Positions 46,982-57,437 are shown, counted from the stretch's first letter. The stretch: 64,000 bases of DNA from an uncultured virus (IMG/VR IMGVR_UViG_3300048581_000026) (IMGVR_UViG_3300048581_000026); one strand, 5' to 3'. Translations and numbers: made by a program. The notes: generated by a model not told the origin, from the letters alone.

Positions 46982-47284
46982 ATGTTGTATTGTGATTTGG
47001 AAGTCGGTGGAGTCCCAATCTGGTATGCGGTTCCGTGCTTGAATGGAGTTTCAATCAATTCACATCCATATCTTGCATTCGATGGAGATCTGATTTTTAT
47101 AGATACACAAGGTGCAAATGATCCAGCTTATGATGGTCTTTCTGATCGATATGTTCTGCTTTATATTCAGGCGGGTGCAGATGATTTGCAGATATCATTG
47201 CAAGCAGTTCCATCACAGCAGATTAGTGTGACCCTTGGATCTCAGAATTGCACAATATCACTTTACACACGGGAGGTTCTGTGA
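46982..47284 (+). CDS. Baseplate plug-like protein, apparently circularly permuted
   Basis: GGAGG RBS; LY.DL...CLN...YL.F.GDL.FIDTQG..DP.Y.GL..RY.L.Y precedes I.LQAVPSQ...V.LG.QNC.I.LY. Confidence 0.75.
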   Translation: MLYCDLEVGGVPIWYAVPCLNGVSINSHPYLAFDGDLIFIDTQGANDPAYDGLSDRYVLLYIQAGADDLQISLQAVPSQQISVTLGSQNCTISLYTREVL

Positions 47285-48141
47285 GTTTCAGTCAGAAAAT
47301 CCTGCAAGTAAGCATCGTCAAAGGCCACGGAAATTTTGACTCTGGTGGCAACACCAAAATCATGTCTGGTCTTAGGGTTAAATGTGAAATTGAAAAGAAT
47401 GGTCATCCAAGCAAGAATAAAGTTTCACTCAAGATCTATGGGATGAAACAGGATGACATGAATGCTTTAACCACATTGTCATTCAAACCTATGGCAGTGG
47501 TCAAAAATACAATTCAAGTAATGGCTGGTGATTCCAATGGAATGCAGGTGGCATTCCAAGGTGACATTACTGGTGCATGGGAAATTTATAGCTCTCCCCC
47601 AAATCTTTATTTCCATGTGGAAGCTCTGTCTGGCTATTATCACTCTATCGCAGTTGTTACACCAAAGGGCTATCCTGGTTCTGTGTCGGCAGCCAGCCTG
47701 ATGAGTGGCCTTGCATCACAGATGAATCTTGCGTTTGAGATGGATCCTTCAAATCCAGTCACCACACAGCTGAGCAGGCCTTATCTATGGGGAACGCCAT
47801 TCCAGCAGGCTGCTGCAATTGCTGCTGCTGCCAACATCGAATTTGGAATAGATGATGATGTTTTATATATAGCCAACAGAGGAAAAGAGCGCAAGGGAAC
47901 TGCTCCGCTGGTCTCAGTTGATACTGGGCTGAAAGCATATCCAACATTTGATAAAAAGGGTATACGCTTCAAAACCCTATACAATCCAGCAATTCTTTAT
48001 GGTGGACTGGTTGTAGTTAAATCAGCAATACCAATGGCGTGCGGCACCTGGAGGGTGCATAAATTGCGTCACGATCTTGAAAGTGAAACACCTGGTGGTA
48101 TCTGGGAAAGTGAAGTCTACGCCACACCACAAGGGAGCTAG
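47281..48141 (+). CDS. Baseplate hub protein
   Basis: GLRV...IYGM...MN.L...AGD...F.G.I...TG...YP...LYNP.I..G. Confidence 0.85.
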   Translation: MSFSQKILQVSIVKGHGNFDSGGNTKIMSGLRVKCEIEKNGHPSKNKVSLKIYGMKQDDMNALTTLSFKPMAVVKNTIQVMAGDSNGMQVAFQGDITGAWEIYSSPPNLYFHVEALSGYYHSIAVVTPKGYPGSVSAASLMSGLASQMNLAFEMDPSNPVTTQLSRPYLWGTPFQQAAAIAAAANIEFGIDDDVLYIANRGKERKGTAPLVSVDTGLKAYPTFDKKGIRFKTLYNPAILYGGLVVVKSAIPMACGTWRVHKLRHDLESETPGGIWESEVYATPQGS

Positions 48142-48144
48142 CCA

Positions 48145-48927
48145 ATGCCACAAGATGAAACAATTTTCCCTCAGCAGCAGCCAACATCTGGCAATGGAGA
48201 TGTAAACGAAACTTTATTTGCAATTCAAAGGACTCTGGCCCTTATGAATATTGCAACTCAGGTGAAGGTTGTGGCAGTCCACACTTCAGGGAACACATCA
48301 CCTGTAGGAACAGTAGATGTTATGCCGATTGTGAATGTTATTGATGGCTCGGGTAGATCCTGGCCTCATGACACAATATATGATGTTCCTTACATCCGCA
48401 TTCAGGGTGGCATCAATGCTGTGATTTGTGACCCTCATGCTGGCGATATTGGCCTGTGTGTCTTCTGCGACCGAGACCAGTCTGCAGCCCAGAAGACAGG
48501 AGCCCAGTCCAATCCCGGCTCCGGTCGCCGATTCGATCTTGCTGATGGCATTTACATTGGAGGATGGAATTCGCAAGTAGTTCCCCAGAATTATGTTGTA
48601 ATAAATCCTGATGGTTCCATTGCTGTGCTGTCAACCGGAAGGATTGATGTTACTGGAACTACTTGCGAATTTCATTGCCCTGTTGTTATGGATCAGACTT
48701 TGCAGGTTGTTGGCAACACCACACTGGAAGAAAATCTGACTGTTTTGGATAATGTTACTCTGGGCGGAAGTCTTTCTGCGACAGGCTCAACAGGCTCTGG
48801 AAATGCTACGCTTGCTGGCAGCCTAACTGCCACTGGCAATGTTAAGGGTGGAACAGTTGATCTTGAAACTCATGTCCATACCAATGTTCAGAGTGGTAGC
48901 AGCAACACTGGGGGGCCAGTGGGATGA
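48145..48927 (+). CDS. Baseplate central spike (Gp138-like)
   Basis: VPY.R.QGG.NA.I.DP..GDIG..F.DRD...R.F...DG.Y.GG; C-terminal HVH metal-binding tip. Confidence 0.9.
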   Translation: MPQDETIFPQQQPTSGNGDVNETLFAIQRTLALMNIATQVKVVAVHTSGNTSPVGTVDVMPIVNVIDGSGRSWPHDTIYDVPYIRIQGGINAVICDPHAGDIGLCVFCDRDQSAAQKTGAQSNPGSGRRFDLADGIYIGGWNSQVVPQNYVVINPDGSIAVLSTGRIDVTGTTCEFHCPVVMDQTLQVVGNTTLEENLTVLDNVTLGGSLSATGSTGSGNATLAGSLTATGNVKGGTVDLETHVHTNVQSGSSNTGGPVG

Positions 48928-49286
48928 GCACTTTAGGTCTTAACTATAACACATGGGATCTTGCTCTTGATGCTTCAGGAAATATGAGCATTATTTCTGG
49001 AGGACTCGACATTGCTCAGGATGTTGCCAGTGCCATCAAATTGTTTCTTGGAGAACTTTATTATGATGTGACTGCTGGCATTCCTTATTTCAATAGTGTG
49101 TTTGGACCATCTTATTCCTCAAGCACAGTTCAGAACCTTATTCAGAATGCAGCCCTTACTGTTCCAAATGTAGTCACTGCGATAGCCACCATTACCAATT
49201 TTGACTATACCATGAGGACTCTGACTGGGACAGTGGACATTACCACCACAACAGGCCAGACCATCACAGTAAATTTTGGGGGATAG
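48924..49286 (+). CDS. Baseplate wedge/sheath initiator (gp25-like)
   Basis: WDL.LD..GN...AQDVASA..LF.GE..YD...GIPY. Confidence 0.85.
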   Translation: MSTLGLNYNTWDLALDASGNMSIISGGLDIAQDVASAIKLFLGELYYDVTAGIPYFNSVFGPSYSSSTVQNLIQNAALTVPNVVTAIATITNFDYTMRTLTGTVDITTTTGQTITVNFGG

Positions 49287-49287
49287 A

Positions 49288-50796
49288 ATGGCCACCTTCG
49301 TAATTTCGTATGTCACAAATGTTCCTTCTCCAACACTTGGAACCACAGGTCTTGTTGTCCCAGATGAAGCATCTATTCTGTCTGGTGTTGTTGCAGACAT
49401 GCAGGCAGCATATGGTGGATCTCTGAATCTCAATCCTGGTATATCTTCAACACTTTCGACTGCACAAGGTCAGCTGGCCACAAGTCTAACTGCCATCATA
49501 GCCAGCAAGGATAGCATGATGGCACAATATGTTTCACAGCTTGATCCAAAATATTCTCAAGGAAGAATGCAAGATGCAATTGGTTATCTTTACTATTTAA
49601 CCAGACTGCCTGCCATCAGCACTCAGGTTAGCTGCACTTGCTCTGGTGCAGTTGGGACTGTGATTCCAATTGGTTCTCAGGTGCAGGACACTGCTGGCAA
49701 TATTTATTCTTGTATTGTTGGTGGGACAATTGGTTCTGGTGGAAATGTAACATTGACATTTGCCAATGTTGTTGCTGGTCCAATTGTTTGTGCACCAGGA
49801 TCAGTAAATACCGTGTACATTACCATCCCAGGCTGGGATAGTGTCACCAATGCTTCAGCAGGCATCACAGGACAGAATGTTGAAAGTTCTATTGCTTTTG
49901 AAGCTCGCCGTGAAGCCTGTATACCACTGAACTCTATTGGACAGGCTTCAGCAATTCGTGCAGCAATTCTTAACACAGGACAAGATCTCACTCCAATGCA
50001 GGTTCCACTTGATGCCAGAGTTGTAGAAAACTACAGTGCTTTCACACAGATCATTGGTGGAATAACTGTTCAGCCATCATCTGTGTTCATCTGTGTTGCT
50101 GGTGGTAATGCAACAGAAATAGCTGCTGCTATCTGCTCAAAGAAAGATGTTGGGTGCAATTACACGGATGCAGCTTACTTCACTGCAAGTCTCACTGCTT
50201 TGAGCACAACCATGACTGTTAGTGCCATGACCTATGGTGCAAACTCTGGATACATAGCAGCAGGTCAGCAGATCAATTCTCCTTCTGGCTCGACAATTGC
50301 TGGTGGACCTTACACGATAGTCCAACAGCTTGGAGGAACACCTGGAGGCATCGGGACTTACCAGGTTGCTGCTTCAGGCATAAGCACAGGACCTGGCTTC
50401 TCATCGCAGGCCCTTAGCTCTGCTGTTGTGGTTCAGGTCCCTGACACGGGTTATGCAATGCCTTATCCTATCTACCAGGTTGATTGTGCTCAGGCAGTTG
50501 ACACACCAATCAATGTTCAGGTAACTCTTGCAACTGCCACCAACCCTCCAAGCACAGCACAGACTACTTTGCAAAATGGCTTGGGAGATGCTTTCACTGG
50601 TGCAGATGGTCTTGCTGCTGCCACAATTGGAGGAACATTCTACAATTCTAGACTGTATGCCCTTGTGAGTGCATTGCTTCCTGGTGTTGGTGTCCTTGGT
50701 GTGCTAGTTGGATCTGGAACACCAAGCAATGTCTATCAGACATTAAACATGAACCAATATCCAGTTCTTGGAACTGTGACTGTGGTGTATGCATGA
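49288..50796 (+). CDS. Baseplate J/gp47-like wedge protein
   Basis: QGQLA.S...DP....GRMQDAIG..Y...R...GWD...N...E....FE.RR. Confidence 0.9.
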   Translation: MATFVISYVTNVPSPTLGTTGLVVPDEASILSGVVADMQAAYGGSLNLNPGISSTLSTAQGQLATSLTAIIASKDSMMAQYVSQLDPKYSQGRMQDAIGYLYYLTRLPAISTQVSCTCSGAVGTVIPIGSQVQDTAGNIYSCIVGGTIGSGGNVTLTFANVVAGPIVCAPGSVNTVYITIPGWDSVTNASAGITGQNVESSIAFEARREACIPLNSIGQASAIRAAILNTGQDLTPMQVPLDARVVENYSAFTQIIGGITVQPSSVFICVAGGNATEIAAAICSKKDVGCNYTDAAYFTASLTALSTTMTVSAMTYGANSGYIAAGQQINSPSGSTIAGGPYTIVQQLGGTPGGIGTYQVAASGISTGPGFSSQALSSAVVVQVPDTGYAMPYPIYQVDCAQAVDTPINVQVTLATATNPPSTAQTTLQNGLGDAFTGADGLAAATIGGTFYNSRLYALVSALLPGVGVLGVLVGSGTPSNVYQTLNMNQYPVLGTVTVVYA

Positions 50797-51410
50797 TAGC
50801 CCTTTCTGATACTGTCATAGCACAATATGCCAACAGTCCAATCATGCTGGCTCTTCTTGGATCATTCAATGCAGCAATTTCTCCACATATAGACTTTGAT
50901 CTTGTTTACAATAACATATTGAACATAAATACAGCCACAGGGTATGGACTGGATGTTCTTGGAAGATGGGTTGGGGTTAGCAGGCTAATCACCATTCCTC
51001 CAAATTCAAATTTCGTAGGATGGCGTGAAGCAAATTCTTGGCAGCCTTGGGGTCAGGCACCTTGGTGGGATGGCAACACTGCGGAGTTAACAGCAGGATC
51101 CATTGTTTCTCTCAATGATGCTGTTTTTAGACAGGTTGTTCTGGCCAAGGCTCTGGCAAACATATCAAACTGTTCTGCGCCTGCAATAAATTCTATTTTG
51201 CGTGTGCTATCTGGAAATGTGCAAGGATCTCTTGCATATGTGAAAGACACAGGAAATATGTCTATGGTGATTTACTTCCAGGCTAATATATCAAATATTC
51301 AGCTCTACATCATCACCCAGAAGAGCATCATTCCTAAGCCTGCAGGTGTTCAAGCTTCCATCTGGACTCCGGCTACAGGGCTGGTTCCCATTGGTGCCAC
51401 AATATACTAG
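50793..51410 (+). CDS. Baseplate wedge protein (DUF2612-like)
   Basis: QYANSP...TA.G.GLD..GR.VGVSR...L.KA..NI...P.PAGV. Confidence 0.9.
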   Translation: MIALSDTVIAQYANSPIMLALLGSFNAAISPHIDFDLVYNNILNINTATGYGLDVLGRWVGVSRLITIPPNSNFVGWREANSWQPWGQAPWWDGNTAELTAGSIVSLNDAVFRQVVLAKALANISNCSAPAINSILRVLSGNVQGSLAYVKDTGNMSMVIYFQANISNIQLYIITQKSIIPKPAGVQASIWTPATGLVPIGATIY

Positions 51411-51420
51411 GAGAAGTAGC

Positions 51421-52464
51421 ATGACAAGCATCGTTCTTCCTGCTCTGATCACTCACTCCTGGAGATATGGCTCTCTGTCTTCTGCTGGCATGCTGAATGC
51501 TGTTCCTGATGCTAGCACAGGAACATTTACAGCATCATTCCAGGATGGTCTTCCCTTGATTACTGCAACAGCTGAAGGTGCTGGTGGGACTCCAACACCA
51601 CAAGGAGATATGAATGGTATTCTGCAGATAATCACAGGATTCCAGCTGTGGGTTAATGCTGGCGGTCAGTTCCCATTCAGTGCCACTTTATCGACTGCCA
51701 TTGGAGGCTATCCACTTGGCGCAGTGGTCCAGCTATCTACAGGAACTTCATCCGTAATCAGCACAGTGAATGGGAACACAAATAACCCAAACACAAATAT
51801 GGCTGGTTGGGCTCCGTATGGTGGTTCGACAATGGCCACTTTGACCGCCGTTGTGGCAGCACAGAATACAGCCAATTCTGCTGTGACCGCGGCCGCATCT
51901 GCCCAGACTACAGCCAACACCGCCATCACTACTGCCAATGCTGCGCAGTCTTCTGCTACGACAGCATTGGCAAAGGCCAATTATGCTGTTGCCAAGCAGA
52001 AAATAACAGCAATAAATATTTTTACATCTGGGTCCAGTTGGACAGTTGCATATAATGCTTCTAGGATGTCTGGTCTGTGCGCAGGAGCTGCACCAATAAT
52101 TCCACAGTCCACAGGAATATATCTTGTTATTTTAACTGGGAATATAGTTTCTGGCACAGTTAATTCTACGCCCATAGGCTCAACTCCAGTTGGGGGCTCT
52201 ACCCAAATTGGTCTCTGTGCTGGATTAGGGAATGGCCCTGGCAATGGGACTGCGGAATCAGGGACTCCAGTTGGTGGGGCTGGTGTGGTTGCAGGTGGAG
52301 CTGGAACTGAGTTTACACTTGTGACCACAGTGAATCTTTTTGCCAGCATAGGTGGTTCTGGAATAGGTGTTCCGTGTTGGATAGATGCTTTTGCGTTTGC
52401 TCTTCTATCTGGTCAGATAAGTGTTCTGTCAAATATCAGTCTACAAGCTACCGAGATTGGCTAG
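51421..52464 (+). CDS. Tail fibre protein
   Basis: AS...G.P..T......GG.P....DMNGIL...GG...IGGYP.GA fibre N-terminus; coiled-coil AQTTANTA. Confidence 0.8.
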   Translation: MTSIVLPALITHSWRYGSLSSAGMLNAVPDASTGTFTASFQDGLPLITATAEGAGGTPTPQGDMNGILQIITGFQLWVNAGGQFPFSATLSTAIGGYPLGAVVQLSTGTSSVISTVNGNTNNPNTNMAGWAPYGGSTMATLTAVVAAQNTANSAVTAAASAQTTANTAITTANAAQSSATTALAKANYAVAKQKITAINIFTSGSSWTVAYNASRMSGLCAGAAPIIPQSTGIYLVILTGNIVSGTVNSTPIGSTPVGGSTQIGLCAGLGNGPGNGTAESGTPVGGAGVVAGGAGTEFTLVTTVNLFASIGGSGIGVPCWIDAFAFALLSGQISVLSNISLQATEIG

Positions 52465-52467
52465 CAC

Positions 52468-52650
52468 ATGTCACACAAAAACAGAGAGAGGAGCATCAAG
52501 GATGAGAACCCAAGAGAAAAGATTGCCAGGATCTTCATGGAAAGGAGGCTGAAAGAATCTGACAGAAAAGCCAAAGACTTTGCATCGACACTAGATCCAA
52601 GGCAATTTGTTAACATCAGTCTGCCAGCCATCAAGAACCAAGAGGAGTAG
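52468..52650 (+). CDS. Small basic hypothetical protein
   Basis: ORF tiling. Confidence 0.5.
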   Translation: MSHKNRERSIKDENPREKIARIFMERRLKESDRKAKDFASTLDPRQFVNISLPAIKNQEE

Positions 52651-52653
52651 AAA

Positions 52654-53040
52654 ATGTCAATCTCAATCGCAGTGAATACTCGCAATGCCCAGCTCACCAC
52701 CTATGGGGCAAACTTCAACAGTGGCACCCTGGTCCTCTACTCTGGCAGTGTGCCGGCGACCGCCGATGCCTCCCTTGGCGCTGCAGTGGCTCTGGTCACT
52801 CTGCCCTTCAGTGCATCCGCCTTTGGCACAGCATCTGCTGGGTCAATGACGGCGAATGCCATCACTCAGACCAATGCTGGTGCCTCTGGCACTGCCTCCT
52901 TCTATCGGTGCTTCAACTCCAGCAGTGTGTGCATTGAGCAGGGCCTTGTTGGCACCTCTGGTGCTGACCTGAACATGAACACCACCGCCATTGTTGCTGG
53001 TGGCCCTGTCCAGATTACCAGTTTCATCCGGACTGAGTAA
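52654..53040 (+). CDS. Virion structural protein
   Basis: RNA.L...L..YSG..PA.AD...GTA...R...G.VG.SGADL; GAGGAG RBS. Confidence 0.75.
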   Translation: MSISIAVNTRNAQLTTYGANFNSGTLVLYSGSVPATADASLGAAVALVTLPFSASAFGTASAGSMTANAITQTNAGASGTASFYRCFNSSSVCIEQGLVGTSGADLNMNTTAIVAGGPVQITSFIRTE

Positions 53041-53103
53041 AAAAGAATCCAGCATCCCTCCGCAGATTCAGATTCCGGCTGAGGCCGCGCTTGGAGAAAC
53101 CAA

Positions 53104-55761
53104 ATGAGCATCACCGTCATTTATGATAACTGGGGAACCACGCTCAGCGCGGCAATCACAGCCTCGGCAACTTCTATCCCACTTTCAGCGTCTTTCCCAA
53201 CTCTTCCTGCAGGAAGTGTTTCTTACCTGACACTGGCCGATCCCACCAACACCATCCTGGAAGTAATTCAGATAACTGTTGGTGGTGGCACTCCAACTGC
53301 TGTCCGTGGTGTGAATGGAGTAAACCAAGCATGGCCATCTGGCACTACCATTGAGCTGCGTGACTGCGCTGAAGCTATCGCTGGGATGTCTTCTCCTGGC
53401 ACTATACCTTATGCCTTCACGAGCAGCCCTGATGCTCTTACCTTCCAGCAGGTTATGGATGCTCGTGGCGTAGACATCCGCCACTTCGGCGCAGTAATGA
53501 ACACCACTGCCGATCAGACCGCAGCCTTCACAGCAGCTATAGCAGCGCTGACTCTGGTTGGCGGGGGCACCATCATCATTCCTCCTGGATATCTGCTGGC
53601 CAATATTGTGATCCCTGGCGGATCAGGTGGCATCCGAATCTGTGGTGCTGGAAAAGCTAACATCCAATCTGGGTCAACAATTCTTAACTACATAGGACCT
53701 TACAACAATGCTCTGCCTGTGATCAAGATTGGAGATGGCACTGCATTGGTCGAAGGCTGCCACATTGATAGCTTGTGTCTCTACACCCCATCTGGATCTG
53801 GAACCGCTGGAATTTTGTTCTACGATGGTGCTTACAAGTGCAGCGCAGACCACGTCCAGATAATGGGGTTCGCCACATACGGCATTGAATTTACGAACGC
53901 CAATCTGCACCCCAACTCGTTCAACAATTTGCACGACATTACTGTGCAGTCTAGCCAGCCTCTTGGTGCTGGGATTGTAATTATGGATCCTGGTGACCAG
54001 ACCCATGGCTGGACAAGCGCCATCACCATAAGCGACTTCAACATCACTACGCAGTATTACCAGCTCTATGGGTCTGGAGGAAGCATAGCATTCTCAAATG
54101 GCTATTTCCAAGGCTCATATTCTGGATACGGCATCTACCTTGGCGGGGCCCAGATCTCATTTGCAAATTCATACATGGATTCAGTTTCCAATCCGCCAAC
54201 TGGGTTCAACTTTGTCTCTGTGACGTTGGATATGGCCACAGACTATCGTTCTAGCAACTTCAACAATGTGCAAGCATTCCTTGGACAGCTTAACGCAGCA
54301 GGCACCATGCTTGTTCTTGCTGCGCACACTACAGGATCCATAACCACGGGTACAGCAGCACTCGCTGTGTCCTCTGCTGCAGGTTTTGTTCCTGGCCGGC
54401 AGGTTCAAGTGGCAGGTGCAGGAACCTCTGGCATTCCACTGATTGCATCTGTGGTGTCAGTGTCAGGCCTGGTTGTTACACTGGACACCAATGCAAGCAC
54501 CACTGTATCCTCGGTAGACACAGCCTATGGCGATATTGCTCCGATCGAGTGTGCTGGCACATCATCTTCTAACATTGCTACGCCAGGTCTAGTGTTTGCC
54601 TATGGAGCAAGTCAGCCCAAACTTGGACCAAGCTGGCTGACTTGCTCCATGGAGAGATTGTCAGGAGCTGGGACCTCAGCGCCTTTCAATGGCAGCAATC
54701 TACTGCTTTCCACAAGCTATAGCACTGCTTTCGATGTTTTGCAGCCAACCCAAACTCCGATCCCTGTCACATCAATCAGCCAGTCTGGCACCACTGTGAC
54801 GGTCACCACCACTTCTGCCCATGGCTTACAGACTGGCGATGGCATCCAGCTAATAGGAGCAAATGAGGCAGGAATCAATACGCTCTGGGCTCTGATTACT
54901 TACCTCACAGCTACAACATTTTCATACACCTCTGCCACCAGCATCACGACAGGATCAGCCACAGGAACATTTGTGCTGCAAGCTTTCGGGCTCATAAGCT
55001 TTTCTCGTGGGGATCTGCGCATCGGCAGTCTTTCCATGAAAGCTTCGACGGGCACCTCAGGACGGGTGCTCTATACCGACAACAGCGACGCCAATTTGAA
55101 CTTCAAAACTCCCGACACAACCAATGGTGTTTTTGCGGTGGCCTGGGGTAGCAGCATCACCACAGGCATGGGCTGGGGCATTGGGCCTTCGTCTGGCTAC
55201 CACGTGAAGTTCACTGGCAACGGGGTCGTGCAGCTCATTGCTGCGGCAGCACCGTCTTCGTCAAGTGGCTGGGGCCAGTTCTACTACAACACTACAGACA
55301 CCCAATGCCATGCCATGAATGGGGCTGGGAATGATGGTGCTATTCTCACCACTGCCAGAGCACTAACAGTGCACACTGCCGCTGCGCCCACTTCCACTGT
55401 ATCCACTACGGCAGTCATGATGGCTGCTGGTGGCACCATCACACCAGTGCTATCTACCCGCGCCATGATCATGATCTCTGGCCAGATGGCTAATTCCACA
55501 GCAGGAGATGGAGCTACTGTGGATGTTCGCTACGGCACAGGCACTGCTCCATCTAATGGTTCTGCTGTCACAGGAACTCTGGTGGGTATCGCCCAGTCCA
55601 GCACGAGTGTTTCGGCTGGTCAGAAGTCTGGCTTCTGTGTCTGTGTTCCCATCACAGGACTGACGGTGGGCACTGCGGTCTGGGTTGACTTGAGCCTAAT
55701 GGCGGTCACTGGCGGAACAGCCTCAATCACAGGTGTGACAGTCTCTGTTGTGGAAGTTTGA
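53104..55761 (+). CDS. Tailspike or fibre with pectate-lyase-like beta-helix (candidate depolymerase)
   Basis: VDIRHFGA....DQTAAF.AAI...GGGTI.IPPG. Confidence 0.8.
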   Translation: MSITVIYDNWGTTLSAAITASATSIPLSASFPTLPAGSVSYLTLADPTNTILEVIQITVGGGTPTAVRGVNGVNQAWPSGTTIELRDCAEAIAGMSSPGTIPYAFTSSPDALTFQQVMDARGVDIRHFGAVMNTTADQTAAFTAAIAALTLVGGGTIIIPPGYLLANIVIPGGSGGIRICGAGKANIQSGSTILNYIGPYNNALPVIKIGDGTALVEGCHIDSLCLYTPSGSGTAGILFYDGAYKCSADHVQIMGFATYGIEFTNANLHPNSFNNLHDITVQSSQPLGAGIVIMDPGDQTHGWTSAITISDFNITTQYYQLYGSGGSIAFSNGYFQGSYSGYGIYLGGAQISFANSYMDSVSNPPTGFNFVSVTLDMATDYRSSNFNNVQAFLGQLNAAGTMLVLAAHTTGSITTGTAALAVSSAAGFVPGRQVQVAGAGTSGIPLIASVVSVSGLVVTLDTNASTTVSSVDTAYGDIAPIECAGTSSSNIATPGLVFAYGASQPKLGPSWLTCSMERLSGAGTSAPFNGSNLLLSTSYSTAFDVLQPTQTPIPVTSISQSGTTVTVTTTSAHGLQTGDGIQLIGANEAGINTLWALITYLTATTFSYTSATSITTGSATGTFVLQAFGLISFSRGDLRIGSLSMKASTGTSGRVLYTDNSDANLNFKTPDTTNGVFAVAWGSSITTGMGWGIGPSSGYHVKFTGNGVVQLIAAAAPSSSSGWGQFYYNTTDTQCHAMNGAGNDGAILTTARALTVHTAAAPTSTVSTTAVMMAAGGTITPVLSTRAMIMISGQMANSTAGDGATVDVRYGTGTAPSNGSAVTGTLVGIAQSSTSVSAGQKSGFCVCVPITGLTVGTAVWVDLSLMAVTGGTASITGVTVSVVEV

Positions 55762-55796
55762 TGTTCACTGTCATGTCTTGAGAAAGGCTGGCAGAG

Positions 55797-57437
55797 ATGT
55801 CAACATCAGGAAGCCTCAACAAAGCAAAAATTGGACTATTTCGTCTGAATGGTGGCGCAGCCCTGGTGCTGCCATTCACTTGCAGCTCCTATGCATCTAT
55901 GCCAAATGTTCTTGGCTCTGCATCAGCACTTGAAGGAGAATTGGCATCTTCTTCTGGATCTCTATCCATTCATGGATCTGGATCAGGAGTGCACAGCTTT
56001 GGAGCAGCAACAGCTATTTCTCTTGCTGTTGCTGGAGCTGTTTCTGGATTGCACGGAACAGCAGGCAGCACAGCATCTATTGTGTCTATGTCTGGTGCTG
56101 TGCAAGGTGGCCATGGGGTGTCAGGGTCATCCAATTCAGCAATAAGTGCAATACAAGGTGCAATTTCCACTGGTCATGGACTCGCAGGATCCAGCACACT
56201 CAGCATCCCACCCCCACAAGGATCAGCCACAGGGAACTATGGCACGTCTTCTGTGTCAGCAAATCCACAGTTCGCCAGATTTAATGCTGCTAGACTAGGT
56301 CTGTATCGTTTTAATGCTGGCCTAGCAGCATATGTTGTCAAAGGATCAGTGCAAAGTGCTGCCCTGGTTATCTATGGACAGGCTCTTGGGTCACCTGTGG
56401 CTGTCGGGAATATATCCAGCCTACTGGCAATCTCTGGTTCTGCCACAGCAGCCTCCGGCTCCGTTGGTTCAGGTTCCTCAGCACTAGTTATATCTGGCTC
56501 TTCATCTGGTCTTGTTGGAACTGCCTGTGCATCAAATTCAAGCATAGGAACTCCAGCAGGATCTGGCGCAGGAGCACAAGGAGCAGCTGGGGAATCCGGA
56601 GTTTTTGCGACAGAATCTCTAGTTCTTGGTGGTATCCTTTCTGGTTTGTGTGGAGAAAGTGCTCAGTCTTCAGGATCTCTGTCTGCTGTTCTTGGCTCTT
56701 CATCTGGCAATCATGGCGCTTCTGGTTCAGTTACATCTCAGGCCCTGACAGAAATAATGGGGCTGGCAGCAGGACTGTTTGTTGTGATGAGTGTCAGCAC
56801 AGGACAGTTGCAGATAAATGGTTCTTCTTCTGGGATACATAGCATTGCAGCTTCTTCTGTCTCTTCTGCTGAATCTATCCATTCTTCATCCTCTGGAGCT
56901 GTTGGATCATCTGGCAATGGGCAATCATGGATGCCAGCTATTTCTGGTTCCGCTGCAGGTAGCCATGGAATTGCAGGTGGCGGATCTGGTTCGGTTTCTG
57001 CAATCTATTCTGTGTCTCTGTCAGATCATGGCACTGCTGGCTCTGGCACTTCTTCATTACCAGCAATACTTGGATCATTGTATGCAATACGTGGAGTAGC
57101 TGCATCTGTTGTTGGGACAATAAGTGCTATTTCTGGATCGTCAACTGGTGCAATGCTTGTGGCAGGAACGATCCCAGCACAAGCTTTACCTGTTCTTGGC
57201 GGATCGGTAACTTCCCTGTGTGGTGAATCTTCATACACAGTCAGCAAGCTTCCCTCTGTGGTAGGTTCTGTGTCTGGTCTGTGTGGATCATCAGGTGGTA
57301 TATCTGGGCCAGTCCCTGCTATTGGTGGTAGGGCTACAGGGTGGGCACCATATCCATTGCCAATTGATAAGAATTGCACTTATCTTGTTCCTGGTGAGAT
57401 TCGCGTCCATGTAGTTGAAAGGAGATTTGAATCATGA
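55797..57437 (+). CDS. Gly/Ser/Ala-rich repetitive fibre-like protein
   Basis: ~20-aa G/S repeats; duplicated N.A..GL.R.N motif. Confidence 0.7.
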   Translation: MSTSGSLNKAKIGLFRLNGGAALVLPFTCSSYASMPNVLGSASALEGELASSSGSLSIHGSGSGVHSFGAATAISLAVAGAVSGLHGTAGSTASIVSMSGAVQGGHGVSGSSNSAISAIQGAISTGHGLAGSSTLSIPPPQGSATGNYGTSSVSANPQFARFNAARLGLYRFNAGLAAYVVKGSVQSAALVIYGQALGSPVAVGNISSLLAISGSATAASGSVGSGSSALVISGSSSGLVGTACASNSSIGTPAGSGAGAQGAAGESGVFATESLVLGGILSGLCGESAQSSGSLSAVLGSSSGNHGASGSVTSQALTEIMGLAAGLFVVMSVSTGQLQINGSSSGIHSIAASSVSSAESIHSSSSGAVGSSGNGQSWMPAISGSAAGSHGIAGGGSGSVSAIYSVSLSDHGTAGSGTSSLPAILGSLYAIRGVAASVVGTISAISGSSTGAMLVAGTIPAQALPVLGGSVTSLCGESSYTVSKLPSVVGSVSGLCGSSGGISGPVPAIGGRATGWAPYPLPIDKNCTYLVPGEIRVHVVERRFES

